Shown: positions 12,079 through 24,300, numbered from the stretch's first letter. The stretch: 36,832 nt of DNA from Folioceros fuciformis (GCA_049999805.1 JBNGIO010006082.1:1-36832); one strand, 5' to 3'. Translations and numbers: made by a program. The notes: generated by a model not told the origin, from the letters alone.

Positions 12079-13455
12079 TGCGTCGAACCATATTTTCTAG
12101 CACCATCCAGTGATAATGTGTCATTGGGGAAACGTGTTCTCATGTTGTGCAGACGGGTCGTTGGCGGAGATGATTTTCAATAATAGGACGTAGAATCTCG
12201 AGCCCCGGCTCCGCAAAAAAAGGTCTCCTCACTCTACACCACGATATGTCGGAGAGACTTACTCCAAACTACTATACAGTAAAGGACATGGAGACATCAT
12301 AAATTATGGTATTATGAGATAATAATATTTATTGTTAAAATAATGAGATAAAATATTATGAGAACTAGATGGACTGAATCATTTTGGTAGGACATCGAAT
12401 AATAATAACCTCTAATACAATGGAAGGCCTCGAATACACGCAGGGTCAACATTTTGTCCTTGTTCGTGCCTTCATTAGATTAATCTTTAAGCAGTAAATT
12501 AAAAATATTAATTAATAAAAGCTTTGATGTTATTTCTTAGCTATTAGCTTATTTATTAATGGAAAAATATTAGACTAAAAATAAAAATTATAATGCTAAA
12601 ACTCATTTATAGAACAATTAATTTTTATAAGTTCTAAATATAGTTAGTTTCATTTTAAAAAATAGTCAACGAATGATAAACAAAACAAGCACCATAGTTA
12701 CATAGCATCTCCAACAAAGCAAATATGATAACTATGTATATACATAGATTTTTTTATTTTCACTTTAACATCTTCTCGATGTTGGTTCGTACTTACCCCA
12801 TAGGCAACAACGGAACTTAGTCATCTTCTATGGTTTCTTGCCCTCCTTAAGACTCGATCCTTGGAGCACATGGGTTTGTCCATTTTTTTTATAATAATGT
12901 TGCTCTTATTTCTAATATTTATTTATATGAAAATAAAAATAAGATAGATATAGTTAGGTCACCTGCCAACGTAAATATAAACTAATTGGAACCAGGAAGT
13001 CCATTTAGGTAATTTTGCAAGCGTAGCGCATAAATATCATTGTTGTTGCATATGAGCACTAGGTGTGTATATATGTATAGGAGTCCTGCACGGTTAACTG
13101 TCCAGCCTTCCCGCGCTTCCTCCGAGTCAGTATTCGCGATTCGGATTCCCACGAGCGTGGGAAGCGAGCCAGGGCCGTTGAGGTCGACCGCCTGCAGTAG
13201 GAGCTCAATTGCGGAATTGCCTGCGGGGAGGTTGGACAATTTTGTGAGGCAATTTGATCATCCCGATGATTGATGTGTTCGATTGGACCAGCGTGTCTGG
13301 TGAGGGGGATGAGGACCTCTGCGCTTGTGGTGTGACCGTTTCGTGTTTTGACGCTGCAGCTTGATTGGCACTGCGCTAGGTGCTGCTCCTGTTGCGGAAC
13401 CACGAGGAGGAAGAATTGATGTGATCCCTGGAGAGGTTTTGTGATTGTCGTGAGG

Positions 13456-16026
13456 ATGTCACTTCACGTGGGAAATCTCTCCCGGCATGTGCAGAAAACG
13501 GATCTGGAATCGGTGTTCGGAAGGTTTGGAACATGTCAGGTCTACATGAAGGAGGGATACGCGTTTGCCAAGTTCCTCGACTTCGGGAATGCGGAGAGAG
13601 CGCTCCAGGAGCTGGTGGGGAAACCTTTGTTCAACGGCCATCCTAGCATCTCGTGGTCCAAAAACCAGCCAGGTCAGCCGAGGAGGTATGCAAACGGGGA
13701 TCATGTAAGGGGAAACATCGGGCCCTGGCCCGGAGTGCAATTTCCGAGCCAGGCTCAAGCTCAGACTCAGGCCCAGGCCCAGGCTCAGGCGCAGGTTCAG
13801 GGGCAGGCTCAGGCTCAGGAGCAGGCGCAGGCCTCGGGCTTTGTTGCAGATGCAAGCCGCACGGATGACGCGGAGAAAGGCGGGAAGGCTGTTCACGATC
13901 AAGGTAGCTGGCAATCTGCGATGGCGGACGGGGATGAGTTTCAATCCGTTTGGGATCGGGCTGATTTGGAGGAGCGGGTGGACTTGGAGCTGGAGGACGA
14001 GGAATTGGATGTGGTCTTCATGGACAAGGCAAACAACTTACACCGACATCAACCGCAGCAGGAGAAGAGTGGGACTGGAGCAGGGGAGGTGACGACTGGA
14101 ATTTGCTCCCCTGCAAATGGTTTGGTGCAGCTGCAGTCCAGTTCCACCCCGGGTACTTCCAAAAACGACGCTCTTACAAATGCGGAAAAGTGGAGAGGCC
14201 CGTCTGTGCCTCCTGCTGCCGACGGAGAACGACGCGGCCAAGACTTTGGGGGCAGGGAGCCCGGGGTAGGTCAGCCTCGCCGCACTCGCTGGTCTCCAAG
14301 CAGACCAGGGTGGCGGGAGTGCTCCCACTGTGGAAAGCCTGGCCACACCGTGAAGTATTGTAGACTCCTTGGTAATGGTCCCCTTCATTTCAATGCTGAG
14401 AGGCAGAATTGGGGGAACAACCGGAGCTACGTTCCAAGAGGCGACCTCAGGGATGACAGGCGTGACAGCAAGGGTGGCCACAAGGAAAGGGAGAACGAGC
14501 AGTCGTGGGAGAAGGGGAATGACAGGGATAAGGATGCCATTGGGGACGACTGGAGGCATCGAAGGCAGAGGGAGGAGGAGTTGGTGAGCAATGGTGAGCG
14601 TAAAAGAAGATCAGAGGAAGGTGAAATCACGGACCATTGCACATCCGTAAGCAGGAGTAATAAGTCAAGACGAAGTCCGAGCCCTGTGGAGAGTAAGAGC
14701 AGTGGTAGTCACCCGAGGCGTGATTTCAGGAGAGGTGGTGGAAGGTCTAGAGATAGCTCTTCGAGTTCAGAGGCTTACCGGATGCAAGGAAGTAACAAAA
14801 GGTCCCTCACGAGAATTCCATCATCTGCGTCGAGGTCACAGACGAAGACTTACTCCGCGCGACAATCTGAACAGGAGTCTCCGCCTTGGAAGAGAGTTAA
14901 AGCCTCGACGTCCCGTTCGTCTTCCGAGTCCGAATCTCGGTCTCTTGGTCGTTCTCCTCCTACTTCTGATTGCCACAGGACCGTGTCCCCACCCTCGAAG
15001 GGAACCCATTCGAGGTCTTATTCCCCGGCTTCCATTTCTTTGGCTGGGTCTAGGTCAGGGTCACACACTTCTAGGTCAGGTTCATCTGACCAGCATGCGG
15101 CAAGTATGCACCTTATATGTGAAGTGATGTCTAGAAAGGATGCTGAAGTAGAAAACGGTAGACCTGATGTACAGGCATGCAAACGTATGGACAGGGAGGG
15201 CACAAAGCTAGCAATTCAGCCTGTGACACCCTCTTCTGGAATGGTTGTTGAGAGGGGACCAGTGGTGGATCGTCCGAAAATATCGCACAAGGGTGCAGAA
15301 GGTAGGGAAAGGCGGACAGTTGATGAAAAATCAAGGTACTTCAGAAACACTGGAAGGAGGCATGAGGATGTAGTGTTGAAGAAGGATCATGGGAACAACG
15401 ACGACATGGCGGGTAAAGAGGAGAACATACCAAGAATGCGAGCGTACGACACGATGAATTGCAGGGAAAAGCCGTCGCGTGGTGCGTCATGGAATGAGGA
15501 GTTGGAGAACGCGGCTGGAGACAGGGAACTTTCAGGTCGAAGCAGCAAGGAACCAGAAAGCCTGGAGGTTGTCTATGGTAACTGCCAACTGTATTCAAGT
15601 CCTGACAGATGCGCAGCTTTTACGTTAGGAGAACACCTCAAGGTTCAGACAAAATCATCGGAAGAGATGGTGGACCAATGGCTAGAGTCTCCTCGAACTC
15701 ATGATACTAGTGGCGCTCCACATAATCCCAGTGTCATCGAACATCAAAAAAATGAACAAGGACTCGCTGAGGTGTATAACCAATCAAGGGTGCTGCCATT
15801 GAAGTTTCCTGGAGACGTTGCTGAAAGCTATGGCGCAGCTCGGTGTTGGCCTCAAGAAGCTGTGGTGTACAGACGTGTGAGTAAAGGACCAATCAGTATA
15901 GAGAATTATAAGCGACGGGCAACCCAAAATGCAGTGTTTGGGATTGAGGACTTATTTGTGCGCAGTAGCAGTTCCTGGTGGGAAAGGGACTCTGAAGGCA
16001 ATCTTCTAGAGCCCGACCGTATCTGA
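13456..16026 (+). CDS. RRM + CCHC zinc-knuckle, Ser/Arg-rich RNA-binding protein (SR-like), single-exon CDS, ~856 aa
   Basis: N-terminal RRM (MSLHVGNLS...KEGYAFAKF), CSHCGKPGHTVKYC knuckle, long RS-rich region, globular-looking C-terminus YGAARCWPQE...KGPISIENYKRR...VRSSSSWWE. Confidence 0.88.
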   Translation: MSLHVGNLSRHVQKTDLESVFGRFGTCQVYMKEGYAFAKFLDFGNAERALQELVGKPLFNGHPSISWSKNQPGQPRRYANGDHVRGNIGPWPGVQFPSQAQAQTQAQAQAQAQVQGQAQAQEQAQASGFVADASRTDDAEKGGKAVHDQGSWQSAMADGDEFQSVWDRADLEERVDLELEDEELDVVFMDKANNLHRHQPQQEKSGTGAGEVTTGICSPANGLVQLQSSSTPGTSKNDALTNAEKWRGPSVPPAADGERRGQDFGGREPGVGQPRRTRWSPSRPGWRECSHCGKPGHTVKYCRLLGNGPLHFNAERQNWGNNRSYVPRGDLRDDRRDSKGGHKERENEQSWEKGNDRDKDAIGDDWRHRRQREEELVSNGERKRRSEEGEITDHCTSVSRSNKSRRSPSPVESKSSGSHPRRDFRRGGGRSRDSSSSSEAYRMQGSNKRSLTRIPSSASRSQTKTYSARQSEQESPPWKRVKASTSRSSSESESRSLGRSPPTSDCHRTVSPPSKGTHSRSYSPASISLAGSRSGSHTSRSGSSDQHAASMHLICEVMSRKDAEVENGRPDVQACKRMDREGTKLAIQPVTPSSGMVVERGPVVDRPKISHKGAEGRERRTVDEKSRYFRNTGRRHEDVVLKKDHGNNDDMAGKEENIPRMRAYDTMNCREKPSRGASWNEELENAAGDRELSGRSSKEPESLEVVYGNCQLYSSPDRCAAFTLGEHLKVQTKSSEEMVDQWLESPRTHDTSGAPHNPSVIEHQKNEQGLAEVYNQSRVLPLKFPGDVAESYGAARCWPQEAVVYRRVSKGPISIENYKRRATQNAVFGIEDLFVRSSSSWWERDSEGNLLEPDRI
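13749..13833 (+). repeat. Coding (CAGGCY)n hexamer repeat giving a poly-QA tract
   Basis: QAQAQTQAQAQAQAQVQGQAQAQEQAQA within the RRM ORF. Confidence 0.85.
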
Positions 16027-16343
16027 GGGAAGCAGTCAGGGCTAAACAGTAACTGAAAGATTTCCTGGGAAAGCAAAGACAGGAGCGGGATCTTCGTAGG
16101 CATTCCAACTGGTATTTCCAAGTTAAATGTGTTAGTTCTGCGTCGAAATAGTTGCTCCTGACTAACTGTTCGAGGGCACGTGGTTACCCTGCTTCGCCTC
16201 CGCCTTAATAGACCCCGTTGTAAGCTGTTGACAAGTGTATGGACACTATTTTAAAGGTGGGGAAGGACCCTCCTTGTTCTTTGTTTTGTTTTGTTTTTAG
16301 GATTCCTTTGCTATCAAACAACTACACGCAGCTTGTGTAGTGC

Positions 16344-16501
16344 AAGAGATGCACATTATTGAGAGATGTAGGACACAATTAATATCAACTTCAGAGAGAT
16401 GTATCAACTTCAGAGAGATGCACATTATTGGGAATTGTAGCAACAAATTGAATATCAACTTCAAAGAGATGCACATTATTGGGAGTTGTAGCAACAAATT
16501 G
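16344..16501 (-). repeat. 51-bp minisatellite array, left arm (~3 units, reverse orientation)
   Basis: Repeats of tcaacttcagagagatgcacattattgggagttgtagcaacaaattgaata, the reverse complement of the unit at 16708-17105. Confidence 0.9.
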
Positions 16502-16707
16502 TCTAAGGGTTGAGAACCATACATTGTGTTGTTACAGTTCACTATGTAAAGATTTTGGAGAAAGAATCTAGAAAATCTTCAATATGGTTTTGTTGTCCTT
16601 TGTCAACCCTTTATGCATTATGAGGTGATGAAGATCTTATTGTAACGATCCTCTATAAAGTTGGTAGCTTCCATTTTTGGAAACAACCTCAGACCTATCT
16701 AGTATTG

Positions 16708-17105
16708 TGAAGTTAATATTCAATTTGTTGCTACAACTTCCAGTCATATGCACATCTCTAAAGTTGACATTCAATTTGTTCTCTCAAGATGATATTCAAT
16801 TTGGTGCAACATGTCCCAATAATGTGCATCTCTTTGAAGTTAATATTCAATTTGTTGCTACAACACCCAATAATGTGCATCTCTCTGAAGGTGATATTCA
16901 ATTTGCTCTATGAAGCCGATATTCAATCTGTTGCTACAACTCCNNNNNNNNNNTATTCAATCTGTTGCTACAACTCCCAATAATGTGCATCTCTCTGAAG
17001 TTGATATTCAATGTGTTGCTACATCTCCCAATAATGTGCATCTCTCTAAAGTTAATATTCAATTTGTTGCTACTACTCCCAATAATGTGCATCTCTTTGA
17101 AGTTA
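16708..17105 (+). repeat. 51-bp minisatellite array, right arm (~7 units plus partial units, spanning a 10-N gap)
   Basis: Unit tattcaatttgttgctacaactcccaataatgtgcatctctctgaagttga recurs at 16793, 16844, 16895 and 16954, 17005, 17056. Confidence 0.92.
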
Positions 17106-17174
17106 AATCTATCATCAATCTTCCTTAGCACTTGACAATTCCAGACACTCACACTTCAACATGCACCAAATTTC

Positions 17175-17312
17175 CACACAATCCTCTCCTTGGGACACAC
17201 AATCCCCTCACAGGCCACACATGCCTCTCCTTGGGACACACAGTTCCCTCATGGGTCACACAGGCTTCTCCCTGGGACACAATCCCCTCACAAGCTACAC
17301 ATGCCTCTCCTC
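17175..17312. repeat. Degenerate ~41-bp (2 x ~20 bp) minisatellite, ~3.5 units
   Basis: cctctccttgggacacacaatcccctcacaggccacacatg repeated with variants. Confidence 0.75.
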
Positions 17313-17395
17313 AAGATAAAATACGATTGGGTTATGCAACGAAGTGAGAAAAGGAAAAATAACAGTCGCACGGCTCACAAGAGTTTTGCAAAATT

Positions 17396-19622
17396 GTGAT
17401 CCCTCTTGGCTCTCCAAGGGTTTTGCGAAACTCGCATTCCCACCCTGACCTTCTATAGAAATTCCTCTCCCTCATTAGTGCAGAGCACCCTTCTCCACTA
17501 GCCAACCCACTTGCGGAGCTTGGTCACACAACTCTTGACCACCCAGGGATCTTCCTGGTCCTCTTGTGATGAGAGGACAGCATACCAAATCAGAGCTTCA
17601 TCGATTGGATGATTCCAACCCACAATGCACAAATTCAGCACATAGAAGCTCACACCTGAAATTGTCTAAAGGGCGAGACACAACAAGGTCTCTTATACAT
17701 CAGGACTCGAACTACCATTACTCCCGCAGCCTTTTAAAGTCTAAGAAATAGCGAAGCCACCATGGCCCGCTTCTAAAGTCAGTATTAACTTCCTATCTTC
17801 TAATCTAATAAAAAATCCTAACCTAGCGTGTCTCCTAGATTAGCGTGCTCGCCTTTGTTGCGGCCTTCTAGGCCTCCGGTCCTTGGGTTTGTAAATACGG
17901 TAATAGTAATAATCTCATATTAGAAAGAGGTATTAAGTGCCCTTATATAGGCTTACATAAAGCAGTTCGTAACTGCTGCTATATAACTATTTTAATAAAA
18001 CTACTTAAACTGCTTAAACTGTTTTCTTATATTAGCCCTAGCGAAACGTGCCCTAAAACTCAAGTTTACTGGCGTGTGTGTAAAAACGACTGCGCGTCAA
18101 TAGGGTATGCCCCTTGCCCTCCTACCTCAATGCTGATTCGACAAATCTTTCCACAACACCTCCACTTCACTCCCGCTGTCCGCTGGTTGCTCTCTCCTCC
18201 CAAGGAATTCCCTCCGTACATGTCCTCTACCTAGATCCTCTTGCTCTTCATCACTGGACAGCCATATCCTATGTTCTTCCATCCATGTTCTTATCTCCTC
18301 CTCCGTCATTTCTTCCAGCCTCACTTGTGAAGGGTATGCTCTAGCCCCCACTCGTAGGAACCACTGATAACACCCAGTGGCAATTACGATGTGCAACCAG
18401 TAGTTCCTGCCCTCTCTTGTTCCAACCACCACATACACATTTAGAGTGAGCACCCGCTCACCATGCAACGGGAAGCCAAGGACATGAGTGTCCTCATCCC
18501 TATGTCGCAACACAATATGGCCCTCTACTAAAGAAGTCCTTACCCTCTCCTCCTGCTGACAGTCCTAGGGTGGCTACCTCCTATATTCCAGGGGATTTGC
18601 ATCCCCCCCCTACCATGGTTCCAATGGTGGCTAGTTCCACTACTTTCGTTCCTCCTTCCACCACAGTGTTTGGTTCAGCCAATGCAATTCCTGCTTTGGC
18701 AACTGTGGCTGACTCCGCAATGGTGGTTGATTTGGCCATTGCGGTGGCTAAACCCTTCCCCTTCTTCAGTCTCCCTGCCTCACCCTTGACTCTTGCCCTA
18801 GCGCCATCCCGCTCTCTTTTATATCTTTCGGCTAGCTTTTTGAATCTCTCCAACAGCGCCACTGGCTCCTGAGCCCAGGAAATCTCATTATGAAGCTTGT
18901 TAATTGTGGCATGGGCTGCCTTTACTTGATTCACTGGAGCATCTTGCTGAACAGCCATGACTTTTAACTCCTCATGTGCCTTGCTCAGCGATTCCTCACA
19001 TTCGCGCTTAAGGTCTTTTGTTGCTTTCTTCCCGCCTTCAATTTCTCCTTAAGCAGCTTCTCTTGTTGCCCTTGCATATTGAGCCAGGCCTCACCTCCCT
19101 AGGCTTCATAAGCACGGCCACTGCAGCTTTCAGGGTTTTCTTCCTCTGAAGGTCGATTACCAGTCCCCCATGCTCAGCCTCCTTTCGTCCATACACCATC
19201 CAGAAGAGTTTCGGGTTCCAGTCCTATAGTCTTTGCCTTAGGTCTCCTTCCAACAATTTAGCCTTCAGATGCCAGGCACACTCTTACACCAATGTTGGGC
19301 TGTCATAACACCACTTTTTCTCCATAAATTCCAGATCCAACTCTTGCACAAGGCCACTAGCTCGAACCTTCCAGCGGTCCATGTTGGGCCATTGAGCAGC
19401 CACAATTACCGCTGCGGCTTGAGGTGCCATCCTGGCTTGTTTCTTCCAATTTTCTCCTTCGATAGTCCTTTGTCCCGTTCCGGGGTGTTTCCCTCCTCTT
19501 CGCTCCTATCTTCCTTCTGGTTCAATCTCCTAGCCATACGTGCATCACTCTATTCCCTCGCCTCCTCCTACTGTAGTACCCCTTCACCTTCTGCTTTCCT
19601 CTGGCTACCTTGCCCCCAAACC
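17396..19622 (-). mobile_element. Relic of an LTR retrotransposon (probably Ty3/Gypsy): decayed accessory ORF, purine tract and putative 3' LTR; truncated by an assembly gap
   Basis: Minus-strand stop-interrupted coding remnants (MAPQ...ELDLEFMEKKWCY...DWNPKLFWMVYG; coiled-coil 18581-18958; 18127-18513), followed by purine-rich gaggtaggagggcaagggg at ~18110-18128 and ~700 bp of LTR-like non-coding DNA. No RT or integrase visible; boundaries approximate. Confidence 0.5.
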
Positions 19623-19722
19623 NNNNNNNNNNNNNNNNNNNNNNNNNNNNNNNNNNNNNNNNNNNNNNNNNNNNNNNNNNNNNNNNNNNNNNNNNNNNNN
19701 NNNNNNNNNNNNNNNNNNNNNN

Positions 19723-19817
19723 TGAGGATATGAGGATATGAGGATATGAGGATATGAGGATATGAGGATATGAGGATATGAGGATATGAGGATATGAGGA
19801 TATGAGGATATGAGGAT
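19723..19817 (+). repeat. Perfect 8-bp tandem array (TGAGGATA)n, ~12 visible copies, abutting a 100-N gap
   Basis: Read directly; true length unknown because the array runs into the gap at 19623-19722. Confidence 0.97.
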
Positions 19818-20362
19818 CATAGGCCAATCGAGGGAGGTTCCTGATTGCTATAAGCTAGTTGTTCCATTTGCTAATATCTTGACGAAGGACATTCAATTTT
19901 TGGATGTGGGATGCCCAATGTGACAACTCATGGGAGGAACTAAGATCATTAGAGTTCAAGACGGACTTTCACGAGTGGAGACGGCAATGTATCATCCATG
20001 AGCTTGAAGACAAGTGTAAAGGGGGCAAAGATGGGAGGAACTTGAGGCTAGGGCGGAGGAATTAGACAAGGGCCTCTGTTGGAGAAGGGAAACCAAGCTA
20101 GCAACGTCATTCACCAACATGATGCTTGGATTTCTTAGAAGATGGAGCACCCTACAATGGGAGGTGGATAAGCCAATACGCGAAGTACGGGAGTGAAAGT
20201 GTGTGAGTGGTTGTGGTTGTGACAGTGTGTGCGCAATAATAACCGTGTGGGGTGCAAAAGAGGGTGTGAGATTGTCGAAGTGACACTAGGGGATTGTAGG
20301 ACATGTCCGCAACATAGGTGTGCCAACTACTAGACACGGTGATAGCTCGTGTCTGCAACATA

Positions 20363-20534
20363 TGATAATAGGTATGTCTAACCCTAATGTAGGTTAGGTA
20401 TACAGGTCTTAGGTTAGTAGTAGTTTACGGTTGGTAACTGTCTGTCCGGCGCGTATGACAACGTGTCTAACTTGACACAAGACTACAATCTTATGTTGTG
20501 CCTACAATCGCTACGTGGGTAATCTACGTTGTCA
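20363..20534 (+). repeat. 5' LTR (172 bp) of the nested Copia
   Basis: Begins tgataataggtatgtctaaccctaatgta and ends gggtaatctacgttgtca; followed by the PBS. Confidence 0.93.
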
Positions 20535-21359
20535 TGATATCACAGCTGGAATCTTCCCAATTCCAGGTCTTATCTTCAGCAATCAAGCCTATTGATCATG
20601 GCGCCTGGATTACATCCACTATGGGTGCCTTTCCACTGAGCCGTGACCAACTTGCACCTACTGGCTCCAAGAACGCACCAACTTCTTGGTGACGTTATTG
20701 CATAGCGAGCCTCTTCCTTTGGCCTGAGCATTGCTACCCTCGTTTTTGTGTTGCTGTTACAAGTGATCTTGGGACTCCAATCCTGGAGAATGTCAACAGC
20801 ACCAGTCAAGGATCAGCAACCATGCCTGGCCTATGAAAGCGGCAACGTCTAGCAAGAAGGGCTAGCAGACAACAAGCAATCCGTGTGTGGGAAGAAGAGT
20901 GGGAGAAGGCTTATCTACGATCTCTGGCCCCCACATGCTGGCAACAGGTTTGGATCAGAATCTGCATCATTTTTGAGCTAATGGCAACAAATATTGTTCA
21001 GGGGTTTCCTGCCTTAGATGGTTACGACTAGAGCCATATTGAAATCTCTGATCTTCTGTGACCAAAATGTTGCTCTCCAGCAATCAGGAAATCCTGTATC
21101 TGCGGCTTCCAACTACAGCAGAATCAACATATCAATACTTGCCCTATCACCTTAAGAGCCTATTTATAAGAGAAAGAGTTCAAAAACCAGCCTATGTAAT
21201 TGGGCAGTATGCCTCTTATTTGCTGTATGATATTCAGTTGGAGTATTCCTTAAGCGAAACACAAGCCTTGAAGGTGAAGCTAGAAGTGTGTAGAGAACCT
21301 GGTCAGCTGACTTCTTGTAAGGCAGACAGGTCCACAGTAAGGCTGTAAATCTCTAAAGC

Positions 21360-24300
21360 ATGGCCTAGCAGCAAGCTTTCTCAACCTCCCCTGTCATCAA
21401 CATCCCCAAAGAAGATAAGTTCGATGGTGAGAATTATCATGTGTGGAAGAAAAGCATGGAAGAAGTGCTTAAGTCGAGGAAGCTCTGGGTACATGTCAAT
21501 GGTGTGGGCAATCCACCCGTGCCCACACCTAAACCATGACCAGCTGCACCACCAAATGATGTGGTTAAGTGGGAGGAAGCAGATCAGCTGGCACGCACCC
21601 TCTTGCATTTCAGCGTCAAGAGCAGCCACTCCGGCGTTTTTCAGAGAGCTGACGAACTTGCATCAGCCTGGTGGAAACAAGTTAAGATGCTCTACGACTC
21701 GAGGGACCTCATGTTACAGACATACGTGTTAAAACAATTTATGGCCTTAAAGATGAAGGAGACTGACCCAATTGACAAGCACGTACTGGACTTCCGCAAT
21801 TGGAGAGCAAAAATGGTGTTAGCAGGCTTCAATCTTGAGGAGGAGCTCTTGGCAATCATACTCCTCACCACACTACCAGAAACTTGGACAAGTGTGGTAC
21901 AAGGCCTTCAACATGTGCGTCCCATTTCAGTAAATCGAGTGATAGCTGCAATGCTCACGGAGTAATCTCGTAGAAAGATCTCTAATACGTCTCTCTCTCT
22001 TGGAAGAGGTCGGCGACAAGGACGTCCCTTTAAGAGAGGTAGAGGCAGAGGCCGAGGCTTCCCCTCGAAGCTCTCAGGTTACAACAACACCAACGGATCT
22101 AGGCCTCCTTGTGGCCACTGCGGTATTACAAATCATACCTGGCAGACGTGCAGGAAACGTCTTGCTGGAGAAGGTGGACCCTCAGGCCAGCTGGCTGTGA
22201 CCATGCAGAAATATAGTAGGGCTTTCTGCACAAGTGTTATCTCAGAACATTTTCTGCCCTCCTCTCGAGATGACAACAGCAACCTGTGCAATGTCGTCAC
22301 TTGCTTTGCAAACCAGCATGAGCATTCATGGTACATTGATAGCGGGGCCTTGCAGCATATGACCCCTCATGCTGCATACTTCACAGAACTAAAGGAGAGC
22401 AGCCCTGCTAAGAACGTGTGCCTATGAGATGATTCGCAACATCAAATAGCAGGCCAGGGGACCATCCGACTCGACTTACAGCCTGATCAACACTTAGAGA
22501 TACCTGATGTTCCTTATGTGCCGGGCCTCGCCAAGAACCTCGTCTCCGTTCGGAAAATAGACCAGTCTGGTTGCTATGTCTGTTTTGGAGAGGGTAAATG
22601 TATTGTTGAGAAGAAGGATGGTACACTCTTGGCTATTGGACACCTGCAAAAGGATGACTTGTATAATTTGGACATGAAGGATGACAAGGCGTTTTCTGCT
22701 TATCCGAGTACACCTTATACAAGGCCATCTCTTACTTACCTTTGGCATCTTTGTTTGGGCCACGTTAACTTTCAGAAGCTTGTTAACATGTACAAATCCC
22801 AGCTTGTGGATGGCATCCAACTAGACAATCTGACGGATTTTGGAGTATGTGAGGCTTGCGTGCTTGGGAAGCACAAGTGCTCCTCATTTCCTGTTGGGCA
22901 AGCAACACGTGCTATAGAGATTTTAGGCCTTGTGCATAGTGACATATGTGATAAACTTCTAGTTTCACTTGGAGGGAAGGAATACTTTACCACATTCATT
23001 AATGATTTCACGCGCTTCTGTGTGGTGTATTTTCTGAAGCACAAGTCCGAAACCTTCTCTTGTTTTGTTGCATATAAGGCATGGGCCGAAACTCAAACTG
23101 GCAAACGTTTAAAAATGCTGAGGACGGACAATGGAGGAGAGTACCTTTCTGGAGAGTTCGTCGCCTTCTAACAGCAGTATGGCATTGAACAACAGCTGAC
23201 TAATGCTTATACCCCTCAGCAGAATGGGGTCTCAGAGAAGGAGAACCAGTCCTTGGAGACATCCGCGTCCAATATTCTGCAATATGCCAAATTGCCCAAT
23301 AGTTATTGGGCCGAAACTGTCTCCTATGTAGTCTATATCCAAAATCAAATAGCTCATGGGGCAGTGAAGAACAAAACCCTGTATGAATTGTGGACAGGGC
23401 GTAAGCCAAACCTCTCTCACCTTCGTGTGTTTGGCTCTTCCATTTACGCTCAAGTTCCCAAGGATCTTTGCAGCAAGTTCGACCCCAAGTCCTCCAACTG
23501 CATATTCATCGGCTTTACAACGTGTGTAAAAGGTTATAAGTTGATGGACTGGCAAACTCGTCGTGTTACCCACTCATGAGATGTTGTGTTGGTGGAGGGC
23601 GTGGAGTCTGACCATCCAGTGGGAGCTTTTTCCCCTGGTGATTCTGAGGTCAACTCCGCAGAAGAGGAAGAGGAGATCATGGTGTGAACAATCCCAGTTC
23701 CTCTTCCTACTGCACCTGTGCATGTACCAAGCCCACAAGTTGTTGCACAGTCACCTCAAGTGCATACACCTATTAGAACGCCTTGCATTGCGAATAGCAG
23801 CAGAGACATAGATGACTCATCGTCTTATAGTCTCTCTTATGATGAGCCGGTCATTCCCTCTGCACTAGAAGCAGGCCAACATCGAAGGAACAACAATCAT
23901 GCTCAAAATGAGCCTCGAGGCTCTGAGAGAGTATGTTGACCACCTTCATACCTTCATTCATATGTTCCTGGTGACTTCAGGCGCCCGAAATCACATCTGA
24001 CTTATTGCTTGGCTGCGAATACTATTTTGTGTGAGCCACCCACATATGAAGCAGCACTGAGCTGTCCAGATGCCGAGCATTGGCATGCAGCCATTCAATC
24101 TGAACTGACTTCATTGTATGAGAACAAAACTTGGATGATTGCCAGCCTACCTGCAGACAGAAAGCAAGTAGGCAGCAAGTGGGTGTTTAAAATCAAGCTC
24201 AAAGCAGACAGCAGCATTTCAAGGTATAAAGCACGGCTGGTTGCCAAAGGGTATTTTCAAATACCTAGTGTTGACTACGACGACACATTCAGCCCGGTGG

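Noticed and set aside
12164..12220. tRNA or SINE-like tail (tcgagccccggctccgca)
   Set aside because: Too short for a cloverleaf, with no intact A box or GTTC B box
16297..17152. Short ORFs of 17-aa repeats (NLLLQLPIMCISLKLIF; IQFVATTPNNVHLSEVD)
   Set aside because: Open frames arise because the 51-bp unit is a multiple of 3; no evidence of a gene
19723..19817. (TGAGGATA)n as a true telomere
   Set aside because: Not the plant TTTAGGG type, scaffold-internal, and the G-richer strand points away from the contig end, opposite to telomere polarity
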